Part shown: one piece after another, positions 1-10,630 of the stretch
How the letters are laid out: each line of letters opens with the position of its first letter
Position numbering within the stretch: position 1 is the stretch's first letter
Source of the DNA: Bacteriovoracia bacterium
Lineage (GTDB): Bacteria > Bdellovibrionota > UBA1018 > CAIPTA01
Length of the DNA stretch: 64,000 nucleotides
Assembly: GCA_050246755.1 (NCBI GenBank)
Contig: JBFWVL010000001.1
Coordinates: forward strand, 480,001 to 544,000
Direction: 5' to 3'
Position numbers and translations under genes: made by a program
Notes under the pieces: generated by a model
What the model saw: the letters and a program-made list of their open reading frames with translations, nothing else
The model's database searches: none
What the model was told of the DNA's origin: nothing

Positions 1-987
1 AATACCCTGATCGGCGAAGGCATCGCTCGCCGCGAGAAAGCGAACTTGCTTGCCTTCGGCGATGGCCTGGCTAGCCAGCGCGGCCGCGGCGCGGGCTTCT
101 TCGGAGGGAACGTGGGCATCCAAAAGATAGCGGCACGGGATCGCAGCTTTCTCTTTGCTCCGCAAATGGGAAATTTTTCCCGGGAAATTAGTGACCAATC
201 CGCGGAGCAAAGTGACCGAGGTTAGATCCGATTCGGGAGCCTGCCCCTTGAGAATCGATTCTATCGCCGCATCACCGAGTGCGAGCGGAACGTAAACGGC
301 CTGATCCCGCGCGATATTCTGCACGAGGTCCACTTCGAGCAACGACCACTTATCGAAGCCTAGGAAGAAAGTCGACTGCTCGGTGCCGTTGAGCTCCGCA
401 GCACTTTTCAGCGCGGCCGGAAAATCATAGTTCTCGGAGGCCGCGAGCGTGCGTTCGTAGAGTTTTAGCAAATGCCAGAAATCCTGGTAGGCTTCGCGGG
501 TTACGTTGTCGCTACCCGTTACCAGTAGGGACTGCGCGCGCTCGATGGATGCATCGTCCATGAGGCCGGCCATTCTCGCTTCTTCCACGCAGCCGAGCAG
601 TCCGTCAAAAAATCGCGGCTCTTCCCAAATATCCTGGAGGTGAAAAAATCCCTCCACCGTGACCAGCGTTTTCACCGCCGAGCGAAATAGGTTGCGCTTC
701 TTGGCCGTATTGAGGAACCGAAACTGGCGGCCCTCGGAAAGTGCGGAGTTACGGGCCCGCCCTTCCACCCACTTCTGCCAGTCTTGCGTCCGCGCTCCGA
801 GGCGGAGCGGCGGATTCTGCAGGCTTTCCTCCGCGAGCCACTCCTGGGCGCTGGCCCCGATGCGCGGGCCGAGCACGAGCAAACCATCGGTTTTCTGCAA
901 AAAATCCAAAGCCGCGGTGAAAGCGCGCTCCCAGGAATTTCCCGCGGAAAAGAGATAGAGGCCGGGTGTTTGGGGCGCTTGGGACAT
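1..987 (-). CDS. AddB/RexB-like helicase-nuclease subunit, N-terminal part (runs off window start)
   Basis: Missing from the ORF track. Manual translation from ATG 987 (MSQAPQTPGLYLF...) stays open to base 1. LLGFDKWSLLEVDLV and PSEEARAAA resemble the degenerate helicase-like region of AddB. The nuclease domain would lie outside the window. Confidence 0.5.
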   Translation of the reverse strand, partial: MSQAPQTPGLYLFSAGNSWERAFTAALDFLQKTDGLLVLGPRIGASAQEWLAEESLQNPPLRLGARTQDWQKWVEGRARNSALSEGRQFRFLNTAKKRNLFRSAVKTLVTVEGFFHLQDIWEEPRFFDGLLGCVEEARMAGLMDDASIERAQSLLVTGSDNVTREAYQDFWHLLKLYERTLAASENYDFPAALKSAAELNGTEQSTFFLGFDKWSLLEVDLVQNIARDQAVYVPLALGDAAIESILKGQAPESDLTSVTLLRGLVTNFPGKISHLRSKEKAAIPCRYLLDAHVPSEEARAAAALASQAIAEGKQVRFLAASDAFADQGI

Positions 988-993
988 GGAGCG

Positions 994-1002
994 ACTATAC
1001 CA
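994..1002 (-). promoter_or_regulatory. Extended -10 promoter (TGgTATAGT) 6 nt upstream of the addB-like ATG, overlapping the purM stop
   Basis: Minus strand reads TGGTATAGT-CGCTCC-ATG, with no SD sequence. Confidence 0.5.
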
Positions 1003-1999
1003 GATCGAAAGAAAGGTTTTGGGTGCGCACGCGCACCTCGCCCTTACCTTTGGCCACGGTTCCGATACGCTGGGCCTTTTCGCCGCGTTTATTCAGGAAT
1101 TTTACGAGGGCATCGGCTTTCTTCGCCTCGCAAACCATCACGAAGCCCACTCCCATATTGAAGGTGGAATACATTTCTTTTCCGTCGAGGCCCGCCCGCT
1201 CCTGCAACAAACGAAAAATTCCCGGCGCATCCGGAACCTGATCGATCACGTAGGAGAATTTCGCATTGATCCGTGGAATATTATAAAAGCCCGAGCCAGT
1301 GATATGGGCGAAGCCCTTGATCCCAAATTTTTTCGATTCCAGAACCGCCAATGCATTTTTCACGTAGATGCGCGTGGGGGTAAGCGCAGTTTTCAAAAAA
1401 TCCGTTTCCTCTTCCTTTAGTAGTTTTCGCACCAAGGAGAAACCATTGGAATGCAAACCGCTCGAGGCGAGGCCGATGATCGCGTCGCCCGCTTTGGTTT
1501 TCTTGCCGTCCAGCAGAGCGCTTTTCTTTACCTCCCCCACGGCGAATCCTGCGAGGTCGTATTCGCCGTCGTCGTACATGCCGGGCATTTCGGCGGTCTC
1601 TCCGCCCACGAGCGCGGTGCCCGACTGGCGGCAGCCGTCTACGATGCCTTTTACGATCGCTTCGCTCACGGGCAGCTCGAGCTTTCCGCAGCCGATATAA
1701 TCCAGAAAAAACATCGGGCGCGCGCCGGTACAGACCACGTCGTTCACGCACATCGCCACGAGATCGATGCCCACCGTATCGTGGATGCCGAGCTTATGGG
1801 CCACCATGAGCTTCGTTCCTACCCCGTCGGTGCCGGCAGCCAAATATTTTCCGCCGCCTACGTCGTAGAGCGAAGCGAAACCGCCCACTCCGCTTTTCAC
1901 GGCCTTGGAATAAGTGGACTTCACCATTTTTTGGATTCTCTGCACGAAGAGATCACCCTTGTCGCGGTCTACTCCGGAATCTTTATAGGAAATGGCCAC
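995..1999 (-). CDS. purM: Phosphoribosylformylglycinamidine cyclo-ligase (AIR synthetase)
   Basis: [43 protein letters not shown] motifs. Confidence 0.98.
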   Translation of the reverse strand: MAISYKDSGVDRDKGDLFVQRIQKMVKSTYSKAVKSGVGGFASLYDVGGGKYLAAGTDGVGTKLMVAHKLGIHDTVGIDLVAMCVNDVVCTGARPMFFLDYIGCGKLELPVSEAIVKGIVDGCRQSGTALVGGETAEMPGMYDDGEYDLAGFAVGEVKKSALLDGKKTKAGDAIIGLASSGLHSNGFSLVRKLLKEEETDFLKTALTPTRIYVKNALAVLESKKFGIKGFAHITGSGFYNIPRINAKFSYVIDQVPDAPGIFRLLQERAGLDGKEMYSTFNMGVGFVMVCEAKKADALVKFLNKRGEKAQRIGTVAKGKGEVRVRTQNLSFDLV

Positions 2000-2008
2000 G
2001 TTTTCTCC

Positions 2009-3589
2009 TCAGTGGCGGAAATGCCGGCGTCCAGTAAACACCATGGCAATTCCCGCTTGGTCGGCCGCCGCGATCACTTCTTCATCACGAATGCTGCCGC
2101 CCGGTTGCACGATAAACTTCACGCCGATTTCGGCTGCGGCTTCGACGCCATCGGCGAATGGGAAAAAGGCGTCGGAAACCAAAATCAAATCTTCGATTTT
2201 TCCTTTCGCCAAAGCACGAGGGCCGGCGAGCGATTTAATGCTGTCGAGGCGGTTAGGCTGACCCATGCCAGCGCCTACGAGCTGGAAATTTCCTTTATGC
2301 TCTCTCACGAGCGCGATCGCATTGGAGCGAAGGTGCTTGGCGGCCATCACGCCGAACGAGGCGAGCGCTAATTTTTCCTGAGGAAAAGGAATCTTGGTCA
2401 CGCTCTTGAATTCCTGATCGAGGCCTTCGTCTTCTTCCTGGATGAGCACGCCCCCGTAAACGGAACGCAGCATCCTCTCCTGCACCACCGCCGGGCGCGG
2501 AGGACAGAGCAAGACCCGTAAATTTTTCTTCTTGGCGAGCACGGCCAGGGCATCGGGCTCTACCGAAGGGGCCACGATCAGTTCCACGAATTTGTCCCCG
2601 AGCCACTCGGCGCAATCGCGCGTGAACGGTCCCGTGAAAGCGAGGATGCCGCCAAAAGCCGAAACGGGATCACCCGCCCAGGCCAGCTCGAGGGCTTCCA
2701 CCATGCTGCGGCCGGTAGCTAGCCCGCAGGGATTCAAATGCTTCACCACCGCCACGGCCCCCCCCACCGCCAGCTGCGAACCGCCAACAGAATGCCAAGC
2801 TTCACTGGCCGAACGCAGGGCCGCATCGGCATCGAGGATATTATTATAGGAAAGCGCCTTGCCCTGGAGGATATCCGCCGAGGCGATCGAAGTTTCCGCT
2901 TTGAAATAGGGGTCACGGTAAAATGTGGCGGACTGGTGAGGATTCTCCCCGTAGCGCAATTTTTTTCCGCGGTCGAGGGCGAGATAATGCACTTCCTCCC
3001 CGAGGAAGCGACTGGATAACTCGGCGGCGATGGCGGAATCATAGGAAGCAAGCAGGCGAAATGCGGAGACGGCTAGCTTTTTCCGGGTATCGAGGCTAAG
3101 CGCGCCATTATTTTTTTCGATCTCGTCCATCAGATCCGCGTACTGGCCGGGATCGGTGGAAACCGCCACGTGCGCGTGGTTTTTGGCGGCGGCGCGGATC
3201 ATGGTGGGACCACCCACGTCGATCTCCTCGATGAGCTCGGCTTCGGACGCATTTCTCTTCTGCGCTTCCTGGAAGGGATAGAGATTGCAAACCACGAGAT
3301 CGATGGGTACCACACCCATCTTCTTGGCGGTGGCCACGTCGTCGGGATTATCGCGGCGGTAGAGCAAGGCACTGGCGAAGGGAAAACTGATCGTCTTCAT
3401 GCGGCCGCCGAAGGCCTCAGGGTTCCCGGTTATTTTTTCCATCGGCGTAACGGCGATTCCCGCATCCCCGAGCTTTTTGGCGGTGCCGCCGCTCGCAAGG
3501 ATCTCCACGCCCCTTTTTTCGAGGAATCGCGCAAAGCCGATGAGGCCTTCTTTATCGGAAACACTGAACAGCGCGCGCCGGATCTCCAT
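2009..3589 (-). CDS. purH: Bifunctional AICAR formyltransferase/IMP cyclohydrolase
   Basis: [59 protein letters not shown] 3589 overlaps the purQ TAA. Confidence 0.98.
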   Translation of the reverse strand: MEIRRALFSVSDKEGLIGFARFLEKRGVEILASGGTAKKLGDAGIAVTPMEKITGNPEAFGGRMKTISFPFASALLYRRDNPDDVATAKKMGVVPIDLVVCNLYPFQEAQKRNASEAELIEEIDVGGPTMIRAAAKNHAHVAVSTDPGQYADLMDEIEKNNGALSLDTRKKLAVSAFRLLASYDSAIAAELSSRFLGEEVHYLALDRGKKLRYGENPHQSATFYRDPYFKAETSIASADILQGKALSYNNILDADAALRSASEAWHSVGGSQLAVGGAVAVVKHLNPCGLATGRSMVEALELAWAGDPVSAFGGILAFTGPFTRDCAEWLGDKFVELIVAPSVEPDALAVLAKKKNLRVLLCPPRPAVVQERMLRSVYGGVLIQEEDEGLDQEFKSVTKIPFPQEKLALASFGVMAAKHLRSNAIALVREHKGNFQLVGAGMGQPNRLDSIKSLAGPRALAKGKIEDLILVSDAFFPFADGVEAAAEIGVKFIVQPGGSIRDEEVIAAADQAGIAMVFTGRRHFRH

Positions 3590-4350
3590 TACTTCTCCTC
3601 GAGGTAGGTAACGCAATTACGGAAAAAACGTAGCCCAAGCCCTTCGCCGGTACGGTTTTCGAGGCGCGTGCTCTGGGGATAGAGCAGCCGCGAGGTAGCG
3701 GCTTCGGGATGAGGCATCAAGCCGAACACGAGGCCGGTAGGATCGCAAACGCCGGCGATCCGGGCGAAAGATCCGTTCACGTCTTCGCTGTAGCGAAGGG
3801 CGATTTGCCCATTCTGGCTGAGCTTACGGTGAATGCCCTCCTCTTCGCCGCGCGTGAATACCACGCGGCCCTCTCCGTGACGAATCGGCAAAGCAAACGC
3901 GCCTTCGCCCGCGAGGTTTTTGGTCCAAATACATACGGAGGCTTTCTCCGCCTCGAGATCCACCCAGCGATCCTGGAAATGCCCCTGGGCATTTCGAGCT
4001 AAGGCCATCGTGCGCACGCCGAAAGGTTCTGGCAAAAGCCCGAGCTTGGTGAGGGCCTGAAATCCGTTGCAGATCCCGATCACGGGCTTTTGGGCCGCCA
4101 CGAATTTTTGCAATTCATCGCCGAGCACCAGCGATAATTTCAGCGCCAAAATTTGCCCGCTACCGAGATCGTCGCCGAAAGAAAATCCCCCCGGGAAAGC
4201 GGCGGCCTCGTAGCCATGTAGGCTCGCGGGGTTAGCGAGCAGATCATTTATATGTACGATGGTGGGCGCGGCACCCGCCAGGCTGAAAGCCCGTGCGGTT
4301 TCTCTTTCGCAGTTAATGCCATCTCCGGTGAGGACGAGAACTTTCTTCAT
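3589..4350 (-). CDS. purQ: FGAM synthase glutaminase subunit
   Basis: GINCERE, PGGFSFGDDL, GICNGFQ (catalytic Cys), GLMPHPE. Confidence 0.97.
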   Translation of the reverse strand: MKKVLVLTGDGINCERETARAFSLAGAAPTIVHINDLLANPASLHGYEAAAFPGGFSFGDDLGSGQILALKLSLVLGDELQKFVAAQKPVIGICNGFQALTKLGLLPEPFGVRTMALARNAQGHFQDRWVDLEAEKASVCIWTKNLAGEGAFALPIRHGEGRVVFTRGEEEGIHRKLSQNGQIALRYSEDVNGSFARIAGVCDPTGLVFGLMPHPEAATSRLLYPQSTRLENRTGEGLGLRFFRNCVTYLEEK

Positions 4351-7300
4351 CGCTGTTCTCCTTTCCAGGCCTTACGCGCATCGCGGACGGGCACGTCCAG
4401 GATCACGAGGCCGTAGCGCGTGAAGCGCAGGATATCGGGCGCCACTTCGCCCAGTTTCAGGCAGTGCTGACCCGCGAGCATTTTCCTAAACTCTTCGTCG
4501 TGTTCGGGTGGAACCGACACCACGAAGCGCCCCGCGCTCTCATTGAAGAAGAATTCGGCGAGCGATCCACCGAATTCTTTCAGCTCTACCGAGATATTTT
4601 CTACATCCACCCGCACGCCGAGCATCCCGCCAATCGCACTTTCGGCCAATGCCACGAGCATCCCGCCTTCGCTGCAATCGTGGCAGGAACGCAGAAGCCC
4701 GCGCCGCATCGCTTGGTGGATAGTACGGTAGAGCCGGAGGTTTTCCGCGGCGTTCACCTGGGGCGCACTCAGCACCAGACGATCCGCCGGAAGCGCGAAG
4801 GATTCCATCAGCTCGGATCCGCCCATCTCGCGGGAGCTGCGTCCCACGAGGTATACGGCGTCGCCGGCTTTCTGAAAATCACTGGTCACGGTGCGGGAAA
4901 CGTCCGGTACTTTCGCCAGCGCGGTCACCAGCACCGTGGGCGGAACGCTGATCTTGATTTCCTTAAGGCGGGAGCGACCGAAGAAATCATTTTTCATGCT
5001 GTCCTTCCCGCTCACGAAGGGCGCACCGTAGGTTTTGGCCAGATCGTAGAGCCCGTGGTTGGCCCTTACGAGCTGCGCGAGCTTGTGGTGGGCATCCGGA
5101 TTTTTTTCGGAAGGCAGAGGATCCGGCCAGCAGAAATTGTCGATAAGCGCCACCTGATCGGGATCGGCCCCCACGGCCACGCAGTTACGGAAAGCCTCAT
5201 CGAGGGCATGCTGGGCCATCACGTAGGTGTCGAAGCGGGCCAGCTTAGGCTGGAGACCGCAGGAAATACTCACGCCGGTTTTTTCGTCGCCCCCGTGCGG
5301 CGCCAGCCAGATCACACCGGCATCGCCCGGGCCTTTGGACTCCACGCCCACGAACGGTTTTACCACCGTGGCGGCCTGCACTTCGTGATCATAGCGGCGC
5401 ACCCATTCTTCCTTCGAACGGATATTCCAGCGCGCGAGCAAAGTATAGAGAGCGTTCTCGTGAAATGCGCGGGATTCGAGCTCGGTGTTTTCCACTGCGG
5501 GAAGAGCCGTGCGCTTGCTCCAGCTATCTTCGGGCAGAGGCCCTTCCCATTTTGCCTTAAGCACCATGGGCGGAAGCCCCTCGTGGAGAAAGCGTAGATC
5601 GATCGCGGCGATCGTTTTTCCTTGGTAATCCACCTGGAATAAACCGGAATCGTTAAATTCCCCGAGCACCGTGGACTCTACTCCCCGGCGTTTCGAAAGA
5701 GCCAGAAATCCTTCGAGCTGCTGAGGGGATACCGAGAACGTCATGCGCTCCTGGCTTTCGCTCACCACGAGCTCGTAGGGCAAAAGGCCGGGATACTTCA
5801 CCGGGGCATGCGTCACATCGAGCCGCGCCCCGCCCGTGCCGAGCGCCATTTCGCCCACGCTGGAGCTGAGGCCGCCGGCACCGTTATCGGTCACGCTGGT
5901 ATAGAGATTCAGATCGCGCGCCTCGAGCAGAAAATCCGCGAGGCGTTTCTGCGTGATCGGATCGCCGATTTGCACGGCCGTGGCGGGCGCACCGTCGGTG
6001 AGCTCCATCGAGCTGAACGTGGCGCCATGAATTCCGTCTTTCCCGATGCGTCCCCCAGATACCACGATGAAGTCTCCGGGCTTTTGATTTTTCGAGGCGC
6101 TGGCGCGCCCGTCTTTCGTTTGCGGAGGCAAGGCGCCCACGGTGCCACAAAACACGAGGGGCTTACCGGAAAAATCCCGGTGAAACGCGAAGGCGCCGTT
6201 CACGGTGGGGATCCCGCTCTTATTGCCGCCGTCTTCCACGCCTTGGTGCACGCCATCGAAGATCCGGCGCGGGTGCTTGAGGGAGTCAGGCAATTCCTTT
6301 TCTTCCCCTACTCCCGGCCAATCGGGCGGGCCGAAACAAAACACGTCAGTATTCGCGATCGGTCTCGCGCCGAGGCCACACCCGAGAATATCGCGGTTTA
6401 CCCCTACGATGCCGGTGAGGGCGCCGCCGTACGGATCGAGGGCCGAAGGACTATTATGAGTTTCCACCTTGATGCAGAGATCGAGCTTCGGATCGAATCT
6501 CACGATCCCGGCATTATCGGAAAATACGGAAATCAGCCAATCGAGTTTTCTCTCTTTTTCCACTTCTTCCGTGGCGCGCTTGATATAGCTCTTGAAAAGA
6601 CTTTTTACCGTGAACGCGCCGAGCAATTTATAGGGCTTGAGCTTGTCTTCGGTGGATTCGGTATAGTCGATCTCGGCGGCGAAGATCTTATGCTTGCAGT
6701 GCTCACTCCAGCTCTGAGCGAAAATCTCGATCTCGAGATCGGTGGGATGGTCGGGAAGATCCTTCGCCGCCCGCTTAGACTGGGTCTCGATTTTTTCGTA
6801 GTGATTGCGGATCGTGTGCAGCTCGGCCACGGTGAGCGCCCAGCATCGCTCCTTGCTCAGGCGATCGAGGGCGCGGTCTTCTATCTGAAGAGAGATAGTC
6901 TCCACCTGCCCATTTCCGCCCAGCGCTACTTCGGGAACCACTTGAGCGCTGAATCGTTCGGCCACATTGTAAGCATTCCAGTTCTGCACCTGAATCTCTT
7001 CGATAAGAGGATTGGCGATCGATTCGAAGGCCACGCGTTCCACTTCGCTCCGGGAAAGATCGCCGTAGAAATAGACCGCCTTGCCCGTATACACCTGCAC
7101 GTTATGCTCGCGGGCGAATGCGCTGAGCAACGCGAGCGCTTCGGTGGCCGAGCGGCCCACGTTATCCGTCACTCCCGGAAGAAAACGAACCTGCGCCACG
7201 AACGAAGGCAGAATGGGGCCGGAAGCGGCAAAACGGAATTCCGGGTTATGCGCGAGGTGGAACTCCTGGAGCACCGGATCGCAAAAAACTTTTTCGGCCC

Positions 7301-7475
7301 AGCGCTTCGCCTCCTCGGCAGGAATCGGCGCGTCGTCGTCGGCTTTTAGCCAAAAGATCTGCACGGTTTCGGTGCCGTATACCGGAATACGCAAGTGCTG
7401 GCGCGCCGTTTTGGCAAAGCGCTGCTCCCGCGCGTTGCAGTCGAAATCCCTAACCTCGAGGCGGACTACGTTCAT
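4347..7475 (-). CDS. purL: FGAM synthase synthetase subunit with N-terminal PurS-like domains
   Basis: WSEHCKHKIF, KVETHNSPSA, DNGAGGL, SESQERM, SGKDSM, HDCSEGG. At 1042 aa it has an N-terminal extension of about 190 aa. Confidence 0.97.
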   Translation of the reverse strand: MNVVRLEVRDFDCNAREQRFAKTARQHLRIPVYGTETVQIFWLKADDDAPIPAEEAKRWAEKVFCDPVLQEFHLAHNPEFRFAASGPILPSFVAQVRFLPGVTDNVGRSATEALALLSAFAREHNVQVYTGKAVYFYGDLSRSEVERVAFESIANPLIEEIQVQNWNAYNVAERFSAQVVPEVALGGNGQVETISLQIEDRALDRLSKERCWALTVAELHTIRNHYEKIETQSKRAAKDLPDHPTDLEIEIFAQSWSEHCKHKIFAAEIDYTESTEDKLKPYKLLGAFTVKSLFKSYIKRATEEVEKERKLDWLISVFSDNAGIVRFDPKLDLCIKVETHNSPSALDPYGGALTGIVGVNRDILGCGLGARPIANTDVFCFGPPDWPGVGEEKELPDSLKHPRRIFDGVHQGVEDGGNKSGIPTVNGAFAFHRDFSGKPLVFCGTVGALPPQTKDGRASASKNQKPGDFIVVSGGRIGKDGIHGATFSSMELTDGAPATAVQIGDPITQKRLADFLLEARDLNLYTSVTDNGAGGLSSSVGEMALGTGGARLDVTHAPVKYPGLLPYELVVSESQERMTFSVSPQQLEGFLALSKRRGVESTVLGEFNDSGLFQVDYQGKTIAAIDLRFLHEGLPPMVLKAKWEGPLPEDSWSKRTALPAVENTELESRAFHENALYTLLARWNIRSKEEWVRRYDHEVQAATVVKPFVGVESKGPGDAGVIWLAPHGGDEKTGVSISCGLQPKLARFDTYVMAQHALDEAFRNCVAVGADPDQVALIDNFCWPDPLPSEKNPDAHHKLAQLVRANHGLYDLAKTYGAPFVSGKDSMKNDFFGRSRLKEIKISVPPTVLVTALAKVPDVSRTVTSDFQKAGDAVYLVGRSSREMGGSELMESFALPADRLVLSAPQVNAAENLRLYRTIHQAMRRGLLRSCHDCSEGGMLVALAESAIGGMLGVRVDVENISVELKEFGGSLAEFFFNESAGRFVVSVPPEHDEEFRKMLAGQHCLKLGEVAPDILRFTRYGLVILDVPVRDARKAWKGEQR

Positions 7476-8104
7476 CTTTCACTCCCTAAACTTACCCAGC
7501 GAGAATTTTCTGTTTCCTGAATGCGCAAAGCGCCCGACGCGGCGAGATCGAGGACCCGGCAAAAAAGACGATGCTCGATTTTTTGGGCCCGCGCGGAAAA
7601 ACTCTCGAGCGTGTCGGCCTCTTCCCGGGCGAAAGCTTCCTGCAAAATGGGCAAGCCGGCATCGAGCTCGCTATTCACGAAGTGTACCGTAACGCCCGCC
7701 ACCTTCACGCCATCGCGAAACGCGCGCTCGTAGCCTCCAAGGCCGGGGTAGGCGGGCAGCAGTGATGGATGCACATTGATCACGCGGGCACCTAGATTTT
7801 CATCGGCAAAAAATTTCAGGAACGCATCGCTCACGATGCGCTTATAGCCGGCAAGCAACGCCCAGCTCGGTTTCAATTCTTTCAACAACCGAAGCAATGC
7901 GGCTTCGTCGTTATGGTTAATCACGTGAGTGGGAACACCCAGCTTTTCCGCCATTTCGAGCGCGGGCGCACCGGCGCGATCGCTAATCAAAGCTTTCACC
8001 GCGAGGCGATCCGGATTTTTCTGCGCGTGCTCGATTAGCGCGCGGGCATTGGTGCCGGCGCCGGAAGCAAGGATCACGATGGGGAGAGATTTAGGCGCCG
8101 ACAT
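7472..8104 (-). CDS. purN: Phosphoribosylglycinamide formyltransferase
   Basis: ASGAGTNA, NVHPSLLPAYPG, GVTVHFV, LDAG. Confidence 0.97.
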   Translation of the reverse strand: MSAPKSLPIVILASGAGTNARALIEHAQKNPDRLAVKALISDRAGAPALEMAEKLGVPTHVINHNDEAALLRLLKELKPSWALLAGYKRIVSDAFLKFFADENLGARVINVHPSLLPAYPGLGGYERAFRDGVKVAGVTVHFVNSELDAGLPILQEAFAREEADTLESFSARAQKIEHRLFCRVLDLAASGALRIQETENSRWVSLGSER

Positions 8105-9392
8105 CGGCCCTCCTCTGCGCGCCCGCGAACGTGATGGCGCTCACCAGGGCGTGGGCTTTCGCGCGCGCTTCGGCCCGCGTGGAAGCTAAAGCCGTGAGGC
8201 CAAGCACGCGTCCTCCGCTGGTAGTCATCTCCAGACTACGGGAACGGGCCACGCCCGCAAAAAATAATTTCGCCAAGCGCTCGCCCTCTTCCTCTTGCGG
8301 TAGTAGCTCGGGCGGAACGCGAATGATATCGCCTTTTTTTACATTTGCTCCGGGATACCCGGCGGCGGCCAGTACCACGTGCACCGAAGCGGTGAGTGGC
8401 TTCATCTTAGGCCCGGTAGCGGGAAGAGAATCCAATTTTCCGTTCCGGCAAGCCTCAAGCCAAGGCAGAAGGTTTTCGTCCAGGAGTGGGAGCAGCGCCT
8501 GGGTTTCGGGATCGCCAAACCGGGCATTGAACTCGATCACCTTCGGGCCGGCCGCCGTTACCATCAAGCCCACGAACAGTATTCCCTTAAAGGGGTGCCC
8601 CCGCTCCGCCATCGCCGCGAGTAGTGGTCTCACGATCTCGGCACTCACCCGTTCGGTAAAGCCCTCGTCTAGCCAATCGGCCGGAGAGTAGGCACCCATC
8701 CCGCCGGTATTAGCCCCCTTATCACCTTCAAGAATTCTTTTGTAATCGCAGGCCGAGCCCAGGATAGTGGCTTTACCGCCGTCGCAAAAAAAGAAAGAGG
8801 AAACTTCCTTGCCCTGCAAGCGCTCTTCGATCACGATTTGTTTCCCGGCCGGTCCCACCGCCGCGTGGAGCATGAATTCATTCACCACGCTCAGGGCTTC
8901 CTCGCGGCTCTCGCATACCACTACGCCTTTGCCGAGCGCGAGGCCGTCGGCCTTAACCACCCAGCCTTTTCCCCACTCCACGCGCGTGAGGAAATCCCGG
9001 GCCGGCGCGGCATCGGCGAATACCTCGAAGCGGGCGGTGGGAATTCCCGCGTGGCGCATGATCTCTTTCGCGAAGGCCTTGGAGCTCTCAATGCGAGCGG
9101 CGGACTGGGTGGGGCCGAAGGCAGGAATCCCTTCCTGCTCGAAAAAATCCACGGCGCCATCGGCCAGTGCTTGGTCGGGGCCTACCACCACGAAACCAAT
9201 TTTATGGGAGCGGCAGAGCCTCAGCATTCCCGAAAAATCCGATGCCGCGAGGCCCGTGCACACAACCTTGGGCTCGAGCGCGATACCGGGGTTCCCGGGC
9301 GCTACAAATACCTCGAATATGCCCTTCTCGCGCGCGAGCTTCCAGGCCAGCGCGTGCTCTCTTCCGCCTCCACCCACGATTAGCACTCTCAC
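8091..9392 (-). CDS. purD: Phosphoribosylamine-glycine ligase
   Basis: GGGGREHALAW, KADGLALGKGV, NTGGMGAY, EFNARFGDPE, SGGRVL. The GTG start at 9392 overlaps the purC TGA. Confidence 0.97.
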   Translation of the reverse strand: MRVLIVGGGGREHALAWKLAREKGIFEVFVAPGNPGIALEPKVVCTGLAASDFSGMLRLCRSHKIGFVVVGPDQALADGAVDFFEQEGIPAFGPTQSAARIESSKAFAKEIMRHAGIPTARFEVFADAAPARDFLTRVEWGKGWVVKADGLALGKGVVVCESREEALSVVNEFMLHAAVGPAGKQIVIEERLQGKEVSSFFFCDGGKATILGSACDYKRILEGDKGANTGGMGAYSPADWLDEGFTERVSAEIVRPLLAAMAERGHPFKGILFVGLMVTAAGPKVIEFNARFGDPETQALLPLLDENLLPWLEACRNGKLDSLPATGPKMKPLTASVHVVLAAAGYPGANVKKGDIIRVPPELLPQEEEGERLAKLFFAGVARSRSLEMTTSGGRVLGLTALASTRAEARAKAHALVSAITFAGAQRRADVGA

Positions 9393-10603
9393 GTGATGCC
9401 TTTCAGCCGGCGACATACTTCCGGCAAGCTGGGCATCCCTTCGAAAATGGCCTGTCCAAGCACCATTTCTCCCAGCGCGCCCGCCAGCGCCGGATAGAGG
9501 AGCTGCGCGCACTCGAGCGCCTCCCGGGGCATCGGGGCGGGCTGCTGCTTAAGCTCTTCCCGGCAAATTTTCTTCCAGTCTTTCTCCCCGCGATCGGCGG
9601 CCAGCTTCTTCGCCTTCTCCATGGCAAGGTACCAGGGCGTATCGCGGTAAATCCGGCGGAGAAACTCTTTGGAAAAATGCACTCCCTCAGGGCCGATCAA
9701 GCGCAATTCATCGGGGCCGATTGAATCCACCAGCAGGAATTTTCTTCGCGCCTTCTCGCCGGGCCGGAAAGCGAATTCGAACTTTCCGTCCCAGAGATCC
9801 AGGCCGAGCTGCAGAAATAAATCGCGGAGGCGCAGCGCGAGCAATAAATTTAGTGCCACCAGCTCGTCGAGCTCTTCCGCGGTAAGCGAGGCCACCCGGC
9901 AGGCTTCTTCGCGGGTAAGGAAGCGATCCGTAGGCTCCAGCTTGGTAAAAAATTCCACGATCGGATAAGGAAAAACTTCCCCGGCCCGGGGGCTCTCGGG
10001 AAAACCGAAACTCTGGGCGTAGCCGGGAATCTCGCGGGCGCGCTTGAGGAAGGAACTGCCCTCGGGAGCGCCAAAACGAAAAACCACTTCGAGCGGCACG
10101 AGCACATCGGCGGGCCGGCTCTCATAGGCCGAGTAATCCCATTCGAGCTTGCCCTCTTTCACTTCGGATCTCGCGGGCGGGCGCTCGAGAGCCTTCACCG
10201 CCAGGCGCTTGGCCCGCTTGCCGGGTTCCACGGCGAATCCCGCTTCGTCCACCAGGCCGAGGGAGTGGTGAGCTAAGCCGTGGCGGCGTAGATCCACCCA
10301 GAGCGGAGCACTCATGAGGCTATCGCGCCAGAGTTTGGGATAGGTATCGGGAATCTGCCAGCCGGACCAAATTTCCGGGCGCTCGAGCACGCGAAAAAAC
10401 AAGTCCCCCATCACCGCGAGCGCTTCGCCCTTGCCGGTGAGCGCGTCGGGCATCTGGCCCCAGTCGAAAATAGAGTAACGGTCGGAAAAATCGAAAACGT
10501 AGGGATCGCGGCCGGCGATTCCATAAATATCTTTTACTGACCCTGAGTAGAGCAGCCGCCCTAGCGCATCCGGGCCGGCCAATCGCTCCCTCACCGAGCT
10601 CAT
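9389..10603 (-). CDS. purC: SAICAR synthetase, long (about 400 aa) type
   Basis: YSGSVKDIY, FSDRYSIFDWGQMPD, GKG, DGKFEF, DSIGPDELR, SKEFLR; located within the pur cluster. Confidence 0.92.
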   Translation of the reverse strand: MSSVRERLAGPDALGRLLYSGSVKDIYGIAGRDPYVFDFSDRYSIFDWGQMPDALTGKGEALAVMGDLFFRVLERPEIWSGWQIPDTYPKLWRDSLMSAPLWVDLRRHGLAHHSLGLVDEAGFAVEPGKRAKRLAVKALERPPARSEVKEGKLEWDYSAYESRPADVLVPLEVVFRFGAPEGSSFLKRAREIPGYAQSFGFPESPRAGEVFPYPIVEFFTKLEPTDRFLTREEACRVASLTAEELDELVALNLLLALRLRDLFLQLGLDLWDGKFEFAFRPGEKARRKFLLVDSIGPDELRLIGPEGVHFSKEFLRRIYRDTPWYLAMEKAKKLAADRGEKDWKKICREELKQQPAPMPREALECAQLLYPALAGALGEMVLGQAIFEGMPSLPEVCRRLKGIT

Positions 10604-10630
10604 GGGTTATACCCGCCGTGGTGATCAGCG

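Noticed and set aside
4464-7349. Long antisense ORFs (377 and 513 aa) opposite purL, and similar ones opposite topA, acrB and the DUF155-like gene
   Set aside because: Expected shadow frames of GC-rich codon usage. They have no motifs and lie entirely within well-supported genes.
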